DNA of 27,084 nt from the IMG/VR virus record IMGVR_UViG_3300022200_008417, positions 1 to 27,084 of that record; one strand, given 5' to 3'. Every line of letters starts with the position of its first letter. Positions within the stretch are counted from its first letter, which is position 1. The notes below the pieces were generated by a model. That model saw only the letters and a list, made by a program, of their open reading frames with translations. It did not search any database and was not told the DNA's origin. Position numbers and translations under genes: made by a program. This stretch comes from a virus (Duplodnaviria; Caudoviricetes). Of this stretch, positions 7,634 to 17,483 are shown one piece after another.

Positions 7634-10552
7634 TCAAGAAATAATTTGATTATATAACTTATCTATGGTCTCGCTGTCCATTTCTGCTACTATTTCTTCT
7701 ACAGATGCATACTTATTGATAGCCCTTACTCCACCCCTTACAGCTGCCAAGGCACCTAAACTTGTTAGGAATGGGTGTTTTCTGACAAAATCTTGTAAAT
7801 TATCTATTTGTTCGCCACGCCTTAGTTTAGCTTCCTGGGCCCCAGAATAATAGTAACTAGGTACCACTGCTGCTAATATGCTCTTAATAGCACCCGGCTC
7901 AAATGCTTTACCCGGCTGAACATAGCCAGCATTCTTATTAAAAGCTTTTTGTAGCTGTACCATGCCAAGGCCTGTCCCCGCCGCCAGTAGTGGCAACATC
8001 CAAGGATTCTGTATTATGGTTCTCTCCATCTTTGGAAGATTTTTAGATGCCCCCATATCCATAAGCCTCTTATAACCTAAGTACAGTGCACCTAACCCTG
8101 TTACTGCAAAAAATGGGTTTTTTTCAGGAGCCCTTGGATTCATATCTGGTACCCTGGCGGGAGTAAGTCCTGCCTCTTCCAGCGGAGTTGACATGTTGGG
8201 GTCCATATACTCAAACCCCGCCTTTTTGGCTAGGTAAGAAGACAACTTATTCAGAGGACCTGTTCTAAGATTAGACGGTAAAATTTTACCTTCTTCCTCC
8301 ATCCTAGTTGGCAGGCCCTTCCTGTTAGACTCTACCGACTCCTGTACCTTTTGAATAATCTTAGCCATATTTTGTGAGGTGGACGTTTGCTTTAACGCCT
8401 TATACCCCTTCAACCCAAATGGAGATAGTGCATTTTGTGGAGGAGGGTTAGTGATGTACTGTAGGTTTTTGTCAATATCACTGCCAGCTATGGGATTATA
8501 TCCATATGCCGTAGCAAACTGGTCCCAGTCGCTAGCACTTGTATACCCTTTTTCTGATAACAAATACTTAGCAGCTGCATATGGATCACCCTGAAGTGCG
8601 GAGTCCCACGATGAGTAATCCTTCCACGGTACTGTCCACTTTAAAGTATTGTACTGGGTAACCGCTCTGGAATCCCATAATTTATTCGACATCATCCACG
8701 GTTGTATATCAGCTGCCCCCATGCCATAGTTTTTGCTAAGATCAGTCACTATCGCATCCCCAGACATTCCCTCATAGTCTGCTGGGTTTGGTTCTGATGC
8801 GCCTATCTTTATGGTGTCACCAGAAAGTGAGCGCACAGATGCAGTTTTTGTAGAATACCCTATACTGTTTAATACTCGTTCCAGCAACAGCTTTTCTTCC
8901 TCACTGACACTGCTTAAAAGTTTAGCTAAAGCTGCTCTATTTGGTCTATTAGAGGGCTGCATTCCGGTACCAGTAAGACCCTCAAATCCACCAACTGATG
9001 GTTCACTGCCACCCCCGGTGTAGCCAATATCGGACTGTGTAGGCCCACCAGTGTCCGCAGTTTTTAAAAACTCTGCAGTAAACGAGCCCTGTTTAGTCCA
9101 AGATTGATTAGTCTTCCCTGAGATAGAAGCATTAGCATCCTGTCGGCCTTGCTTACCCAACAGCTGTTCAATTATTTTTTCAATAACTCTTCTTTCTGCT
9201 GGTGCTGCTTTTTTAAATCTATCATAAAGTATGTTTAATTCTTTACTCGTTCTAAAGTCAGATACAGGGGATACTGCTACTGGCTGTGGACCGCTTTCAC
9301 TTGACGTGGGTGGGACAGGGTCTTTAGATGGCTCTTTTACTGGAGTTTTGGGATCAGATATAGGGGCTATAGGGCCTGCCTGCTTCTCCAACTCTGCCAT
9401 TTTCTTCATTACTCGTATAATAACAAGCGGCTTGGTTAATGACCTTTCTGGTATCCAATGAGAATATTCCCGAGCTAACGACGGTCTCATAAAAGAAGGA
9501 TCAACGTCCGCCGGTATTATTGGGGTTACACCCTCATCTACTGGGAATTCCTGCCCGCACCGATCTAATCTATCAGCTAAGTCATGTTTTCCAGAAGAGT
9601 AAAGAACCATTCTTTGAAAATCAGTTTTCTTTGGCATAATGTTCATCGAAAGGAGGGTGCTCAATATATCTCTCAGAGAATACTTATCAGTCATTGCCCT
9701 TAACTCGTCTTTAGGCATATCATCCTGTATAAAAGGTATTAAAGCCTTTGGGTCAGATGCAGCGGCCTCTACTCGACCATCGATTCTCTTTATTATGTCC
9801 GCTTTTTTAAGTCCCGATATCTTTAACAGATTATCCATTTCTTCCTCTGAATTAACGCTGTCGGCAGTTATGGAATTTTTGCTGGCTACTTTTGATAGCA
9901 CAGACGCGGTAGGATCTGCAGGGATTGTCACAAAAGAGATGTCGAAAAACTTAGGTTGCCAGTTGATCGCATAAGGTTTTCTGCCATCTGGTGTAACTCT
10001 GCCAGCAGACCCTCGCCGTAGGTGTGCACAGTACTCTCTTCTTGTTTTAGCGCGATTACCACACTCCGAGCACTCGTCCCACGGAACTTTGCAACCCATA
10101 GATACTGCCACGTTCTCGCCAGCGGCTATCCTGTCCAAGATGTCTTGGGCTTTGGAGTTTACCACTTCAACAATCAACTCAACTCGGTGCATTCTTTCAT
10201 TATAAAAAGAATAAATAACTTTACCGTAAGACCTCCTAGGGTCCTTGTTAACATGATGTTTATATACGTGGGCTAGCGCTTCAAAGGTCTTGTGGTATTC
10301 TCTTAGAACTTTTTCTGGAAAATAATCATTATTCTTGTTTGAGCCATAGAACTCACCAGCGCCCATTGCATTTATCAAAAGATAGGTATGCCCTGACTTT
10401 TTTTCTATTTTATCTATAGCTGAGATGATATCCTCAGAATATTCCCCTTCAAATGCAGCTGCCTGTTTCTCAAAAGTAGCATTAGGCCCGTTAAGAACCT
10501 CAACGTGATATCCACTTTCGTCTTTTAAGTCCCAGCTAACAAGTTTTAACAT
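7634..10552 (-). CDS. Prohead (capsid maturation) protease domain fused to a long multi-module C-terminal region
   Basis: The first ~225 aa carry NxNxDYF, HVYKHH, VSMGC, CSECGN...CAHL (a Zn-ribbon-like insert) and FFDISFVTIPAD, the pattern of HK97/herpes-fold phage maturation proteases. Located upstream of the scaffold and capsid genes. Confidence 0.75.
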   Translation of the reverse strand: MLKLVSWDLKDESGYHVEVLNGPNATFEKQAAAFEGEYSEDIISAIDKIEKKSGHTYLLINAMGAGEFYGSNKNNDYFPEKVLREYHKTFEALAHVYKHHVNKDPRRSYGKVIYSFYNERMHRVELIVEVVNSKAQDILDRIAAGENVAVSMGCKVPWDECSECGNRAKTRREYCAHLRRGSAGRVTPDGRKPYAINWQPKFFDISFVTIPADPTASVLSKVASKNSITADSVNSEEEMDNLLKISGLKKADIIKRIDGRVEAAASDPKALIPFIQDDMPKDELRAMTDKYSLRDILSTLLSMNIMPKKTDFQRMVLYSSGKHDLADRLDRCGQEFPVDEGVTPIIPADVDPSFMRPSLAREYSHWIPERSLTKPLVIIRVMKKMAELEKQAGPIAPISDPKTPVKEPSKDPVPPTSSESGPQPVAVSPVSDFRTSKELNILYDRFKKAAPAERRVIEKIIEQLLGKQGRQDANASISGKTNQSWTKQGSFTAEFLKTADTGGPTQSDIGYTGGGSEPSVGGFEGLTGTGMQPSNRPNRAALAKLLSSVSEEEKLLLERVLNSIGYSTKTASVRSLSGDTIKIGASEPNPADYEGMSGDAIVTDLSKNYGMGAADIQPWMMSNKLWDSRAVTQYNTLKWTVPWKDYSSWDSALQGDPYAAAKYLLSEKGYTSASDWDQFATAYGYNPIAGSDIDKNLQYITNPPPQNALSPFGLKGYKALKQTSTSQNMAKIIQKVQESVESNRKGLPTRMEEEGKILPSNLRTGPLNKLSSYLAKKAGFEYMDPNMSTPLEEAGLTPARVPDMNPRAPEKNPFFAVTGLGALYLGYKRLMDMGASKNLPKMERTIIQNPWMLPLLAAGTGLGMVQLQKAFNKNAGYVQPGKAFEPGAIKSILAAVVPSYYYSGAQEAKLRRGEQIDNLQDFVRKHPFLTSLGALAAVRGGVRAINKYASVEEIVAEMDSETIDKLYNQIIS

Positions 10553-10562
10553 AATTATTTTC

Positions 10563-11123
10563 CTATGCTATTAGTTCTGGCATTGCTACGCCCGACAAGT
10601 CCAAAAATCTGCTTTTGGAATCACTTTTTCCAGCAGACACGTTTCTCTGTAACGCTGTTAAATCAACTGCCATATTAGGGGCAGGTCCGCCCTGTGTGTC
10701 GTGATAGAACATGGCACTTCTAATATAAGCGCCAGCGGCTAGAGGATCTTGTGCCATGTGAGGAGAAAAATGCCAGATAGATTCAAAATATTTTTTTACC
10801 AAATCCATATCTTCGTTCTTTAGCTGAGGATGATATTCCAACATCTTATTAAATGCTGGTTCCCTCTTTCTATTCTCCATGTATCCTGATATGGAGTCTT
10901 CCACAACCCCAAAAGCTGGCCCAGCTGCCCCTATAGCTGCCCCTAACAAAAGCATTTTACCTAATGAGGTGCCCGCTTTGTTTTCCTTTACTTTGCTGAG
11001 AAATGCCGATTTTACCAGCTTATGGTCGTCAAGCCTGTCTTTAAACTCCGACATTTTAATTAGAGTAGACTCGGGGAGGGTACCGTTTTTTACTAAATTA
11101 ATAAAACTGTCTGTGTGTTTCAT
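10563..11123 (-). CDS. Hypothetical head-associated protein
   Basis: 186 aa with KMS/KSA motifs, then a hydrophobic LLLGAAIGAAG segment. Confidence 0.65.
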   Translation of the reverse strand: MKHTDSFINLVKNGTLPESTLIKMSEFKDRLDDHKLVKSAFLSKVKENKAGTSLGKMLLLGAAIGAAGPAFGVVEDSISGYMENRKREPAFNKMLEYHPQLKNEDMDLVKKYFESIWHFSPHMAQDPLAAGAYIRSAMFYHDTQGGPAPNMAVDLTALQRNVSAGKSDSKSRFLDLSGVAMPELIA

Positions 11124-11124
11124 A

Positions 11125-12192
11125 TTAATACCTTTTATATCTTTCGGGTAATTTATGTTTTTGCATAGGAGCTAATTGCTCCAGTGTATTTTGTCTACCA
11201 GCATCATATGCAGCTGTTCCAACGGCAGCGGCTCCCGCCGCCGGGACAGCTAAAACCCCCGCGGTTCTCAAAGCCTTGCTCTTTGCAGTTGCGCCTTGCC
11301 ACGCCCACTTAAAGGGGCTCGTCATGGCTTTCATAAAGGTTAGTTTATTTGCTACTTTTTCAGAGAGTCCAAGCCGGTTTAACTCAAGTGATGCCATTTT
11401 TGTTAAAATACTATCGCGGTCTTCTTTAGCGATGGCATAGGTTTTTACCAATTCTAAGTAATTGGCTAACTTCTTAATTCCTTCGTTCTCAAAATTAAGC
11501 ACGGCTTTGCTGTCCAGATCAAATTCATATGAAGACGCCTTCTTATAAATGGTTGGCCCGCAGGTGCTTTTTAGCTCGGTATCTATCTCACTCAGCACCG
11601 CACGAGTAATCGGCTTCCACTCATCGGATGTTACAGTGAGGGCCGCGCTTTTAAATAGAGTCCAGGACGCCAGTTGATGGTCCGGGTCTAACACGGCTTG
11701 CTTTACATACTGTTTCAGACCCTCCGCACCCTCATATACGTCCTGCTCTATTTCAGCAAGTTTGTCGTCGTAGTGGTTTGCCAAACCTACAAAGGCCTGC
11801 TTCACCCTGTTCTCGGTAAATGTTGGCAAAACTTCCGTATCTTCTACTTCCTGAAAGGTGGCAACCTTCTCATGTAAGCTAAAATCAAAGTCCCCAGGAG
11901 CCATATCATAGTGCGAAAGCTCCTGAATAATATCTTCTTGGTTTGCCATAGCCGATGCTACTTTTCTAATATCTGCCACCTCAAATTCGGGATATTTATT
12001 GTCACCGCTGTTCACAGTTAGGTGTGTAGATATATTTGCTGCTTCAACTAATCTAGCTATCTGATCGCTATTTAAGTCATTATTTTGAGCTATTTTAACC
12101 AAAGTATCATTTAAAGGGACCTGGTTTTGAATGAGTTCTTGGGCAGCTTCTTTGCCCCACTCACTGACCATATCTTTTGTAATATAAGTCAT
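11125..12192 (-). CDS. Hypothetical head-associated (inner core) protein
   Basis: 355 aa with more than ten K-x-A motifs, an acidic body and a basic Ala/Gly-rich tail. Confidence 0.65.
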   Translation of the reverse strand: MTYITKDMVSEWGKEAAQELIQNQVPLNDTLVKIAQNNDLNSDQIARLVEAANISTHLTVNSGDNKYPEFEVADIRKVASAMANQEDIIQELSHYDMAPGDFDFSLHEKVATFQEVEDTEVLPTFTENRVKQAFVGLANHYDDKLAEIEQDVYEGAEGLKQYVKQAVLDPDHQLASWTLFKSAALTVTSDEWKPITRAVLSEIDTELKSTCGPTIYKKASSYEFDLDSKAVLNFENEGIKKLANYLELVKTYAIAKEDRDSILTKMASLELNRLGLSEKVANKLTFMKAMTSPFKWAWQGATAKSKALRTAGVLAVPAAGAAAVGTAAYDAGRQNTLEQLAPMQKHKLPERYKRY

Positions 12193-12223
12193 TGTGTTCC
12201 TTTATAGTTTAATCCTTGTAATC

Positions 12224-12252
12224 AGTATAATAAAGTAAATATAAAAAGTCAA
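12224..12252 (-). promoter_or_regulatory. Sigma70-like promoter TTGACT-17-TATACT
   Basis: -35 at 12252-12247 overlaps the helicase stop codon; -10 at 12229-12224. Confidence 0.7.
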
Positions 12253-13637
12253 GCTTTTATAGCTGATAGGAACTCTTTCATTAAGTTTTCTTTATCAGTT
12301 GCTCTTGAGGATATGTACTCATCGGTAGAAGTTGCTCTTTTTAATTTTAACATTTTAGATAATTTACCTTGTGGTAATTTGGCCTGATGAAAATAAACAT
12401 CCACTAATCGTTGTTCTTTGGGCAAATGTGAGTGTGATTGATACCTAGCAGATCTTCCTATAACCTGTTTTATTTTTTCATTATTCCAGTGTGGCTCCAT
12501 AATATGCACGGCGCGTGTACCTTTAAGATCAAGGCCTTCTCCGCCCGCACTAGAAACTAGAAGTACAGGAGTTTTTCCGGCATTATAATTTTTGACCAGC
12601 TCTTCCTTTTGATTCTTAGACAGTTTCCCAGTGAAAGTTGCATGGGGAATATTTCTACGTGCCAATTCTTGGGAAACAGGCTCAACTCCTGCCTCCAAAT
12701 AGTTAGAGTATACAAGTCCCCGAAACTCAGGATTTTTATTAAGTCTTTGTTGTAGATTATCTGCTATTGCTTTAATCTTTGGCGCGTCCGGATCACTCTG
12801 CCCAAAGGGGTTAGATGTATTAGAGGCCTGACGAGCCGCCGACAAAAACGCGTTCATGTTCTGGGCTTCACTCTTGCTTGGAGGTAAATTAAATCTTACC
12901 TTTAGCCTTGTGGATAACGGGGCCTTACCCATAGTGTAATTATATACATTAAGTTCAGGCTTAGTCATCAAATGCTTGACCACTTTTCTCTGTAACTCAG
13001 GATAATCCTCTTTATTGTCCGGAATATACTTATCCACGTATGGGCTAACTTTATTACTAAAATCAGTTCTGTTCTTCATGCGGTAAGCTACGCCGGGTTT
13101 TACACCAATCATAGATTTCCAAAAACCCGGACTGACCTGACTCTCCTGTATATAACGCTTCTTGAACTCCGTTGGATTGTTTGGCAGCACTACGCTGTTA
13201 GCTGCTACGTTTACTAAAGCAGCGATATCGGACGGGTTATTGTAAATGGGCGTGCCAGTTAATAACAGGCGTGAAGAGGAATTTTTTACCGCATCACGTA
13301 TAGTTTGATATGTCTTAGTATCAGTGTTTCGTAATCTATGAGCTTCATCTAAAATTACTTGTGATCCCGGTTCAATATATGGATCCCTAAGAAACTTCTC
13401 ATAGGATACAACCTTGAGGCGGTCTATTGGAATACCGGAGTGCTTACTAACCTCTTTCTTGAAATTCTCTTGTAATGATGCCGGAGTAATAATATACGTA
13501 GGGGACGAAATATCAATAGTACTAATAGCAGATAATGTTTTACCGGAGCCGAGCCCGTGAGCTGCTATTACTCCTCTATTGCGTTTTAAGCGTTCCTTGA
13601 TTCTTTTTTGGTGATCTTTAAGTTCAGTAGTTACCAT
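12249..13637 (-). CDS. SF2 helicase/ATPase (SNF2-related, DEAH box)
   Basis: Motif I HGLGSGKT, II ILDEAH, III LLLTGTP, V SSAGGEGLDL and VI QVIGRSAR. Confidence 0.9.
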   Translation of the reverse strand: MVTTELKDHQKRIKERLKRNRGVIAAHGLGSGKTLSAISTIDISSPTYIITPASLQENFKKEVSKHSGIPIDRLKVVSYEKFLRDPYIEPGSQVILDEAHRLRNTDTKTYQTIRDAVKNSSSRLLLTGTPIYNNPSDIAALVNVAANSVVLPNNPTEFKKRYIQESQVSPGFWKSMIGVKPGVAYRMKNRTDFSNKVSPYVDKYIPDNKEDYPELQRKVVKHLMTKPELNVYNYTMGKAPLSTRLKVRFNLPPSKSEAQNMNAFLSAARQASNTSNPFGQSDPDAPKIKAIADNLQQRLNKNPEFRGLVYSNYLEAGVEPVSQELARRNIPHATFTGKLSKNQKEELVKNYNAGKTPVLLVSSAGGEGLDLKGTRAVHIMEPHWNNEKIKQVIGRSARYQSHSHLPKEQRLVDVYFHQAKLPQGKLSKMLKLKRATSTDEYISSRATDKENLMKEFLSAIKA

Positions 13638-16411
13638 GTGATTAGCCCATCCATTAGCTCTAGTGCAGTTGCCCCATAAATTATAGCATGAAATATATCA
13701 TCTGGCTTTGAATTAACATAAAACATTTTTGTTTTATCTTTATCATAGTCAATGACCGGTGCTAATAAATCTTTAGCAAACGGTGCCCAGTCCTCCCACT
13801 GCGGAAAGATAAACTTGCCTTTTTTAATATCAGAGAAAAATCTAGTCATAATCTGTGTTCTCGCTAAACAGTAGGCATTCATTTTTGAGTTCCACTTTAG
13901 CTCTTCTTTCTGATTTGCCTGGTGTTGAAATGCAAGTACCCTATGCGGGCCCAAAGTATGTCGGAGCTCTGAATTAGATGCTTCGCCCATTCCATGATCA
14001 GCCCCTATAGCTACCGCTCTCCAGTGATTAAATTGTTCTACAATATCTTTATGAATATGTGCAAAGTCTGCTTCTCGGCCTTCATATCTTTTTGCAGCTA
14101 AAATTCTTATCTTAGTACCAACTTTCTGCATCACTGTTATTACAGTATAAGAATCATTTGAATTAATCGGTCCATAGTCTATACCTATTACAGTTGCATT
14201 AGCTCTAGTAAAATCATCAGGTTTTGTAAGCATAGGGCCACCAGTACAAGAGTTTCTGATGTCGTCCTCTGTAATTGGATTAACACCATCATCATACTCT
14301 AACCCTAATGTTTCATTAAAAAACAAGTTGGGGGCTTCTGTCTCATACTTAAGTAGAATATCATCATGCCAATCAACCCACGGCGCTCCATAAAAATGAA
14401 GTGCACATACACGAAATCCTACAGAGGAATACTTATCATTTTCGCTAGGTGCAGTACTAACCCATTGACCGTTACGTGGGTCTAGCCCTTTACCGCAGTG
14501 TTTACATATTAGACCTTTTTTGCCTATATTTTTTTCATCTAAAATATTCCACTTATTGCAACCATTGCAACGTAACATGAACTCATTCATACTAGAGCGG
14601 TACCATAAGTTAGCCAAGGTACCTTGTGTAAGCTTTGGTGTACCAGAGAATACACGCTCTTTGTAATAGGAACGAGACATAGCCTGGTCTGCAACAGGCA
14701 TAATATGTTCATACAGATCCTGGGCCTCGTCATAATAGATCTTGTCTACCGAGTAGCCCCGTAACCTATCTGCATTAAGTAAAGCATATCTTAGATACAT
14801 TTTTGATCCATTACGTAATTGTTTCATAAATACGTTCTGAACCTGCTTGCTATCCAAGAAGTGTTTCTTTACCAGCGGTGACCCCTCAATCACCGGACTA
14901 ACGCGGTCATGAGAAAAGATCTTTGTCTGATCTACGGTAGGAGAAACGTACATCTGCTGAAATCCCCCTGACCCGCCTGCCTTGGGATTCTTAGATCTCA
15001 TAATAGCATCCGCTACCATGAGATTAGCCATAGTAGTACTTTTTGCTGTATTTTTTACCACTAAACCATCTATATGAAAAGTATGTGTTTTAGATATTTC
15101 TATGCTTGTGGAAGATAATTTACCTAAATGAGTTACTTTAGTAACTTTATCAAAATAAATATCAGAATTTAAAATTAAATCTAAATCATTATTTTGTATA
15201 ATTTCGTTTATTTTGGTAAGCCTTGATAAACATACTCCCTTACTCTTCCGAGTATATAATAAACTATTTTTTCTTTTTGGTATCTTCTTGAGGATAGTAT
15301 TTACATACTGGGCATCCACTACTAATTGTTGATTTCTCTCTTCTTTAAATTCAGGGTTCTTAGGATTCTTTTTGGTTTTAATTAGCTCAAAGAACCGCTT
15401 CTTTGATTTATTTCCTTCTATAAATAATCTATATACAACTTTATTAGTACCTTTATACACTTTAGGCACTTGTTCATGAATAGTTGTATGAATACCGATC
15501 TTCAGTAAAAGCGTTTGTATGCCTTTTACTAAATTCTCGGAGATAAGAGAAATACCGGGATAATAATGCCCATTCTTGTGTCTCGACACAAACCCGTCAG
15601 TATCCCACCAAATTCTCAAATAATCCTGGATCTGCTCTTTAGTAAGATCCCAAACAAAATCAGGATGTTCTTTAGTTTGAGAATTTTTACCCCACAGACC
15701 CCACTCAACTAAATAAGGTTTGAAAATAGAAGGTCTGCCAACACCATCCCCAGTAATACGATATTGGTATCTATGTTTATCTTGAGGTAAGGCTTTTAGA
15801 GTTAATCTATTATCTATCTGAGTTAACGATTCCTGTAGCTCAGCTACGCATCCCTCATCTGAAGATGTAAAGCCAATACTTCTTGTAGAAGTTGAGCCCT
15901 CAGCCAGTAAGTAGGCCACTATTTTATAGTGACTATCTTCTACTATTTTGTCTGTCCTTAGTGCGCAGCTATTATCGTTAGAAAGAGCGATTAAATCCCC
16001 CTCTCTTAAATCTTGAGCTTCACACCAACCGCTTACTTTCCAAAAAGGGTGATTATCAGTAACTATTGCTTTACGGCCTGTGCGTGTACAAATCTCATAA
16101 ATATCAGTTACTCCATTATCCCAAACATTAGCCACTTTAGTCATTTCATTTTTTAGAGTTTTAGTATTAAACCCTATAATGTCTTGACCTACTTTTAAAT
16201 CTTTGGCTAATACTTCTCTACCATCAGCTAACTGAATGGGTTGGTCATCATATACACACTGACGACTGAACTTGAGAACCAAGTTTTTTGGGGTAATGTC
16301 ATAAATAAGTTTCATATGTGGGTAGTCTGCCAATGAAAATGGCTGACCAGCAAGATAAAAAAAGGACTCAGATAGCTGAGACCTTGATATATTTACAACT
16401 TTTTTACTCAT
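13631..16411 (-). CDS. terL: Large terminase subunit (lambda gpA-like) containing an intein
   Basis: After splicing, Walker A reads FSRQTAKST. Walker B YYDEAQ, coupling motif SGTP, CxxC...CxxC, and nuclease motifs IGIDYG, IGADHG and PDDIFHA are present. Confidence 0.85.
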   Translation of the reverse strand: MSKKVVNISRSQLSESFFYLAGQPFSLADYPHMKLIYDITPKNLVLKFSRQCVYDDQPIQLADGREVLAKDLKVGQDIIGFNTKTLKNEMTKVANVWDNGVTDIYEICTRTGRKAIVTDNHPFWKVSGWCEAQDLREGDLIALSNDNSCALRTDKIVEDSHYKIVAYLLAEGSTSTRSIGFTSSDEGCVAELQESLTQIDNRLTLKALPQDKHRYQYRITGDGVGRPSIFKPYLVEWGLWGKNSQTKEHPDFVWDLTKEQIQDYLRIWWDTDGFVSRHKNGHYYPGISLISENLVKGIQTLLLKIGIHTTIHEQVPKVYKGTNKVVYRLFIEGNKSKKRFFELIKTKKNPKNPEFKEERNQQLVVDAQYVNTILKKIPKRKNSLLYTRKSKGVCLSRLTKINEIIQNNDLDLILNSDIYFDKVTKVTHLGKLSSTSIEISKTHTFHIDGLVVKNTAKSTTMANLMVADAIMRSKNPKAGGSGGFQQMYVSPTVDQTKIFSHDRVSPVIEGSPLVKKHFLDSKQVQNVFMKQLRNGSKMYLRYALLNADRLRGYSVDKIYYDEAQDLYEHIMPVADQAMSRSYYKERVFSGTPKLTQGTLANLWYRSSMNEFMLRCNGCNKWNILDEKNIGKKGLICKHCGKGLDPRNGQWVSTAPSENDKYSSVGFRVCALHFYGAPWVDWHDDILLKYETEAPNLFFNETLGLEYDDGVNPITEDDIRNSCTGGPMLTKPDDFTRANATVIGIDYGPINSNDSYTVITVMQKVGTKIRILAAKRYEGREADFAHIHKDIVEQFNHWRAVAIGADHGMGEASNSELRHTLGPHRVLAFQHQANQKEELKWNSKMNAYCLARTQIMTRFFSDIKKGKFIFPQWEDWAPFAKDLLAPVIDYDKDKTKMFYVNSKPDDIFHAIIYGATALELMDGLITW
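15050..16258 (-). mobile_element. Intein (403 aa) with a LAGLIDADG homing endonuclease, inserted in the terminase Walker A
   Basis: Starts at Cys52 (CVYDDQPIQLADG). Block B TDNHPF, LAGLIDADG-like blocks AYLLAEG and IWWDTDG, and the end HTFHIDGLVVKN followed by Thr. Confidence 0.9.
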
Positions 16412-16443
16412 ATTTTACTTTGGCTTATCTATAAATAGGCGTC

Positions 16444-17481
16444 TTACTTATTTACAGCACGGTAATACCCAATACTAGATCCTACACCACCAGTAAGTGC
16501 TCCACCAAAATAGGCCTTCGCAGCATCTGCACCAACTCCCTCAAGCGCCCGCTTTATTCTTGCTTTATTGGTTACGTCAGTAAACCTTCTCTGGGGGAAA
16601 GGGAAGCTTTTTAATCTTTTAGCCCCATAATATAAAAATGGTAGAGAGGCCCCAATTGACCCATACAATAATGATTTTGCAAAGGCGTCTTTCTTTTTAC
16701 CTTTTGGGGCTAGTTTAGCCGCTAAGTGGGCTTCTGGCCCCCGCAAGTATGGTACTAACCCAATCCCTACAGACGCTGCTCCCACTGCTGCCGCATTTAG
16801 CGCTTCGTTACGTTCTGCTGATTTGTGAAATTGCAAAGAACTCAAACTAGAAGTCTTGTTAAGCTTCTTCTTATAAATATTTTGTTTTAACCCAGCATTA
16901 TACTGTGCATGTGCTGATAGAGCATTTAGTCCGCCACCCAGAACCCCGGCTGCTGCTCCTCCAGTAATAGCCAATCCTTTTCTAAAAGTATCAGACGCCT
17001 CGTCTCCTGTACTCTTTGCATAGGAGGCGGCTTCTTCTACGTATGTATTGGCTTTGCCAAGAACGCCTTTAATCGCTTTTTGATTATAATTATTACCTCT
17101 ATGGACAGAATTCAGGGCCTGATTCATCCCATCGGCTTGGTGCATAACTTTAGTGGCTCTGGGTAAATTTTTTATATGTCTAGCAGCTTTATGCGGAGCA
17201 AATAATAACATTTGATCTTTTGCGCCTTCTACTAAATATTTACCCAAAGTAGATTTTCCCATTAGTTTACCAATACCATATGTACCCGCTGCCCCCAAAG
17301 CAGTAGATATAGCTGCCCCGCCTAAAAATCCGCCAACATCGCCCATTGCTTTGTGTAGTCCGTGATTCTTTTTATTGGTGCGAGCATGCTCAAAAGTGTA
17401 TACACCTGTGGGCTCTACGCCTGCTAAAAAATCCTTAATTAAACTAGAATCTTTGGCCGCCGATTTATGAAATGGCAACAT
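16444..17481 (-). CDS. Basic, Gly/Ala-rich two-module hypothetical virion cargo protein
   Basis: 345 aa. FHKSA occurs at the N-terminus and internally, and there are several GxxxG-rich hydrophobic segments. Confidence 0.7.
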   Translation of the reverse strand: MLPFHKSAAKDSSLIKDFLAGVEPTGVYTFEHARTNKKNHGLHKAMGDVGGFLGGAAISTALGAAGTYGIGKLMGKSTLGKYLVEGAKDQMLLFAPHKAARHIKNLPRATKVMHQADGMNQALNSVHRGNNYNQKAIKGVLGKANTYVEEAASYAKSTGDEASDTFRKGLAITGGAAAGVLGGGLNALSAHAQYNAGLKQNIYKKKLNKTSSLSSLQFHKSAERNEALNAAAVGAASVGIGLVPYLRGPEAHLAAKLAPKGKKKDAFAKSLLYGSIGASLPFLYYGAKRLKSFPFPQRRFTDVTNKARIKRALEGVGADAAKAYFGGALTGGVGSSIGYYRAVNK

Positions 17482-17483
17482 TT

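Noticed and set aside
3228-13637. Identical ATGGTAACTA stop/start junction at 3228-3237 and 13628-13637
   Set aside because: Only 10 nt and largely constrained by the overlap of Trp-stop with Met-Val. Ordinary translational coupling or chance explains it.
16430-16437. T4-type late promoter TATAAATA (also at 23577-23584)
   Set aside because: The copy at 16430 is antisense to the structural genes, the motif was not seen upstream of the capsid operon, and it is expected by chance in AT-rich DNA.
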